Part shown: positions 61,048-64,000 of the stretch, in pieces | Layout of the letters: every line of letters begins with the position of its first letter | Numbering within the stretch: position 1 is the first letter of the stretch | Source of the DNA: Actinomycetota bacterium | GTDB taxonomy: Bacteria > Actinomycetota > Thermoleophilia > Solirubrobacterales > 70-9 | Direction of reading: 5' to 3' | Length of the DNA: 64,000 nt | NCBI GenBank assembly: GCA_046730475.1 | Contig: JBKPIY010000005.1 | Coordinates: forward strand, 5,187 to 69,186 | Position numbers and translations under genes: made by a program | Notes under the pieces: generated by a model | What the model was told of the DNA's origin: nothing | Seen by the model: only the letters and a program-made list of their open reading frames with translations | Database searches by the model: none

Positions 61048-62502
61048 TCAGCTCGCGAGCGAGCGGGCGAGGTCCACCAGGAGCCGGACCCCGTAGCCGG
61101 TCGGACCCCTGCCGACGTACTCGCGCCCGACGTCCCAGGCGGTGCCCGCGATGTCGAGATGGACCCACGGCTTGCCGCCGACGAACTCCTCGAGAAAGGA
61201 CCCGGCGTAGATCGTCCCCGCCTTGCGCTTCGTCGCGGAGTTGGTGAGGTCGGCGTCGGTGCCCCTGGTCAGCTCCTTGTACTCGGGGTGCAGCGGAAGG
61301 CGCCAGGCGAGCTCGCCGGTTCGCGTCGCCGAGCGCTCGACCCGCTCGGCCCAGGCGTCGTCGTTGGAGATCAGGGCCGCGTAGGTGGAGCCAAGCGCGA
61401 TCAGGACCGACCCGGTGAGGGTGGCGAGGTCGACGATCCGGTCGGCGCCGAGCTCGACGCAGTGGGCGAGGGCGTCGGCGAGGATCAGTCGGCCCTCGGC
61501 GTCGGTGTTGTTGACCTCGACCGTCTTCCCGTTCAGCTGGGTGATGATGTCGCCCGGCTTGGTCGCGGTCCCGCTCGGCATGTTCTCCGTGGACGGGATC
61601 ACCGCCGTCACCCTCAGCGGCAGCCCGAGCTCGGCGATCGCGCCGACTCCCTCGAGCACCGCGGCGGCGCCCGACATGTCCATCTTCATCTCCTCCATCC
61701 CCCGGGCGGGCTTGATCGAGATCCCGCCGCTGTCGAAGGTGATCCCCTTGCCGACCAGGCCGAGCACCTCGCCGGGGTCGCCGGCTTCGTAGCGGAGAAC
61801 GATCAACCGCGGCTCCTCGGCGGTGCCCTTCGACACCGCCTCGAGGCCACCCATCCCGAGCGCGGAGATCTGCTCCCGCCCGAGCACCTCGCAGCTGAGC
61901 GAGTCGTGCGTGGAGGCGAGGGCGGTGGCGCGCTCGGCGAGATGGGAGGGGGTGACGACGTTCGAGGGAAGCTGCTGCAGCTCCCGGGCGCGGTTTGCCG
62001 CCTCGGCCGCGACCCGCGCCACCTCGGCCTCGGCGGCGAGCCCGTCCGGGATCTCGCCGCCGACCGCGATCGTCAGCCGCTCGATCGGGGGCGGGCGGTC
62101 GTCGTCCTCGAACGACTTGTAGCGGTCGAAGCGGTAGGCCGCGAGGATCGTGCCCGCGACCAGATCGGCGGCGGCGAGCTCGTCGGCGGCGGAGCCGGCG
62201 ACCGGCAGCGACCAGGCGATCGACCGCGCCCGCAGGCGGCCGGCCTGCTTCGCCGCCAGGGCAGCGGCCACCCGCAGGTGCTCGCCGTTCACCTGCTCGG
62301 GGTCGCCGAGGCCGACGATCAGGAGCCGCTCGGGGCGGCCGGGGCGCAGCAGGGTGAGCCGCTTGTAGTCGGTGCGAGCGTCCTCTGCCCCCGGGGTGGA
62401 GACGAACTCGGAGGGGACAGGCGTCTCGGCGTTCGTGCGAGCGACCGCGTGCAGGTCGGCCTCCACCTCCACCAGCCGCTTGTGGACCACCTCCACCCGC
62501 AC
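61048..62502 (-). CDS. pepA: leucyl aminopeptidase (M17)
   Basis: LVGKGITFDSGGISIKP, VNNTDAEGRLILADAL, VDLATLTG. GTG start around 62502 (alternatives 62496/62490). Confidence 0.88.
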   Translation of the reverse strand: MRVEVVHKRLVEVEADLHAVARTNAETPVPSEFVSTPGAEDARTDYKRLTLLRPGRPERLLIVGLGDPEQVNGEHLRVAAALAAKQAGRLRARSIAWSLPVAGSAADELAAADLVAGTILAAYRFDRYKSFEDDDRPPPIERLTIAVGGEIPDGLAAEAEVARVAAEAANRARELQQLPSNVVTPSHLAERATALASTHDSLSCEVLGREQISALGMGGLEAVSKGTAEEPRLIVLRYEAGDPGEVLGLVGKGITFDSGGISIKPARGMEEMKMDMSGAAAVLEGVGAIAELGLPLRVTAVIPSTENMPSGTATKPGDIITQLNGKTVEVNNTDAEGRLILADALAHCVELGADRIVDLATLTGSVLIALGSTYAALISNDDAWAERVERSATRTGELAWRLPLHPEYKELTRGTDADLTNSATKRKAGTIYAGSFLEEFVGGKPWVHLDIAGTAWDVGREYVGRGPTGYGVRLLVDLARSLAS

Positions 62503-62624
62503 GGACGGCGGAGGATAGTGACGAGGTCGCCGCCGCCGGGCGGTCGGCTCGGGGGTGGGGCTAGCATTGCCTGGACGACGGTGCAACGAAGCCGGCCGAA
62601 GCCGGCGCGATCGAAAGGGCGGCG

Positions 62625-63809
62625 ATGGCGAAGACGGTGATCCTCTCAACGGCCCGGACCCCGTTCGGGAAGATGGGCGGCGGCCTCGCCCCCCTCGACG
62701 CTACCGAGCTGGGCGGGACCGCGATCAAGGAGGCGCTGGAGCGGGCGGAGGTCGACCCCGGCCAGGTCGAGGGTGTCGTCTACGGCCAGGTCCTGCAGGC
62801 CGGCCAGGGACAGATTCCCTCGCGCCAGGCGCAGATCAAGGCCGGGATCCCGCGCGAGGTCCCCTCCGAGACCGTCAACAAGGTCTGCGCCTCAGGGATG
62901 CGGACGATCGGGATCGCCGACCTCGCGGTCCGCGCGGGCGATCTCGACATCGCGGTCACCGGGGGGATGGAGTCGATGAGCAAGGCGCCATACCTGCTCC
63001 CGGGGGCGCGGTTCGGCTTTCGGATGGGTGACGTGACGGCGATCGACGCGATGACCCACGATGGGCTGACCAACCCGTTCACAGACAAGCAGATGATCAA
63101 CGAGGCGAGCGAGGTCTCGAACGAGCTCGAGATCACCCGGGCGGACATGGACCGCTGGGCCGAGCGCTCGCACCACCTCGCCCATAGGGCCACCGACGAG
63201 GGTCGCCTCGCCGAGGAGATCGTCGCCGTCACCGTCAAGGGACGCAAGGGCGACACGGTGGTCGAGGCCGATGAGGGGATCCGCCCCGACACTACCGTCG
63301 AGACCCTGGCCAAGCTGAAGCCGGTGGGCGGCGACGACGCGACCCACACCGCCGGCAACTCCCCGGGCGTCAACGATGGCGCCGCGGCGGTGGTGGTCGC
63401 CTCCGAGCGGTGGGCGACGGAGAACGGGAAGGGAGTGGCGGCGACGGTCCTGAGCTACGGCCAGGTTGCCGACGACTTCCCCTATCTCGCCCGCACCCCG
63501 GCCAAGGCGGCCAAGCAGGCACTCGAGAAGATCGGCAAGCGCCCGGAGGACGTCGACCTGTGGGAGATCAACGAGGCGTTCGCCTCGGTCGCGCTGAACT
63601 CGGTCCACGTCCTCGGGATCGAGCCCGACAAGGTGAACGTCAACGGGGGTGCGATCGCCCTCGGGCACCCGATCGGCGCCTCGGGTGCCCGGATCGTCGG
63701 CGCCCTCGTGCACGAGCTTCACCGCCGGGGGGGCGGTCTCGGCTGCGCCGCCATCTGCTCCGGCGGCGGACAAGGCGACGCCATCGTCCTGGCAGTGAAC
63801 GGCTCCTAG
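62625..63809 (+). CDS. acetyl-CoA C-acetyltransferase (thiolase II)
   Basis: VNKVCASGMRTI (active-site Cys), NEAFASV, NVNGGAIALGHPIGASGARI, CSGGGQG. Confidence 0.92.
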   Translation: MAKTVILSTARTPFGKMGGGLAPLDATELGGTAIKEALERAEVDPGQVEGVVYGQVLQAGQGQIPSRQAQIKAGIPREVPSETVNKVCASGMRTIGIADLAVRAGDLDIAVTGGMESMSKAPYLLPGARFGFRMGDVTAIDAMTHDGLTNPFTDKQMINEASEVSNELEITRADMDRWAERSHHLAHRATDEGRLAEEIVAVTVKGRKGDTVVEADEGIRPDTTVETLAKLKPVGGDDATHTAGNSPGVNDGAAAVVVASERWATENGKGVAATVLSYGQVADDFPYLARTPAKAAKQALEKIGKRPEDVDLWEINEAFASVALNSVHVLGIEPDKVNVNGGAIALGHPIGASGARIVGALVHELHRRGGGLGCAAICSGGGQGDAIVLAVNGS

Positions 63810-63846
63810 CCTCAGCGGGGCATGGTTCCGCCCCCGTTCGCGGGAC

Positions 63847-64000
63847 GATGAAGCGGTCCGCCGCCTTCTTCGACCTCGACAAGACCCTGATGGCGGGGTC
63901 GTCGGGGATGGTGTTCGCGCGGGTGGCGAATCGCCACGGGATCGTGGCCCGATCGCAGCTCGTCCGCTGGGGGTGGGATCACTTGCGCTACCGCCTCCGT
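63847..64000 (+). CDS. HAD-IB family hydrolase (SerB-like), 5' part only
   Basis: MKRSAAFFDLDKTLMAGSS (HAD motif I). Runs off the window. Confidence 0.6.

Noticed and set aside
1-64000. Mobile elements, prophage or genomic island
   Set aside because: I recognised no integrase, transposase, recombinase, phage structural gene or flanking direct repeats. GC content and codon bias look uniform apart from short AT-richer promoter patches.

Overview
This is a 64 kb, very GC-rich (about 70%+), gene-dense chromosomal segment. The gene content is typical of Actinomycetota: F420-type LLM oxidoreductases, egtBD, paired Get3/ArsA-like ATPases, an MGLP-like polysaccharide cluster and DipZ. My guess is a deep-branching lineage such as Thermoleophilia or Rubrobacteria, but that is inference only. 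I saw no rRNA, tRNA, CRISPR array, integrase or transposase. Because of the GC content, nearly every real gene is shadowed by long spurious ORFs in other frames or on the opposite strand. I chose frames by recognisable protein families, GC3 bias, Shine-Dalgarno sites and start/stop overlaps.

Main content, in order:
- Housekeeping and metabolism: pyk, HAD phosphatase, a P-type ATPase, a RES/Xre toxin-antitoxin pair, pntAA-pntAB-pntB, egtB-egtD, a carotenoid oxygenase with a divergent PadR, glpX and rpoD.
- A roughly 16 kb type IV pilus locus (22.6-38.7 kb): pilU-like, pilB, pilT, pilC, pilA, two minor pilins, pilD and pilMNO plus a PilP-like gene. There is no secretin.
- Two Get3/ArsA-like ATPase genes lying divergent to a parA-like gene. 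The parA-like gene overlaps an ftsZ that carries a long N-terminal extension.
- ggt, an adenylate cyclase and dipZ.
- A cluster syntenic with mycobacterial Rv3030-Rv3034c (methyltransferases, GH57, GT4, acetyltransferase).
- meaB, an acyl-CoA dehydrogenase, HxlR with a PaaI thioesterase, pepA and a thiolase.

The most interesting observations:
1. A sequence in the pilA leader closely matches the c-di-GMP-I (GEMM-I) riboswitch aptamer.
2. The overlapping parA-like/ftsZ pair, where FtsZ has a roughly 160-aa N-terminal extension: a basic N-terminal peptide followed by a Pro-Glu repeat linker.
3. A Flp/TadE-type pseudopilin-like ORF whose class-III signal segment is in frame but has no canonical start codon.
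4. Twin GTTGC-N5-GCAAC palindromes in an hxlR divergent promoter region.
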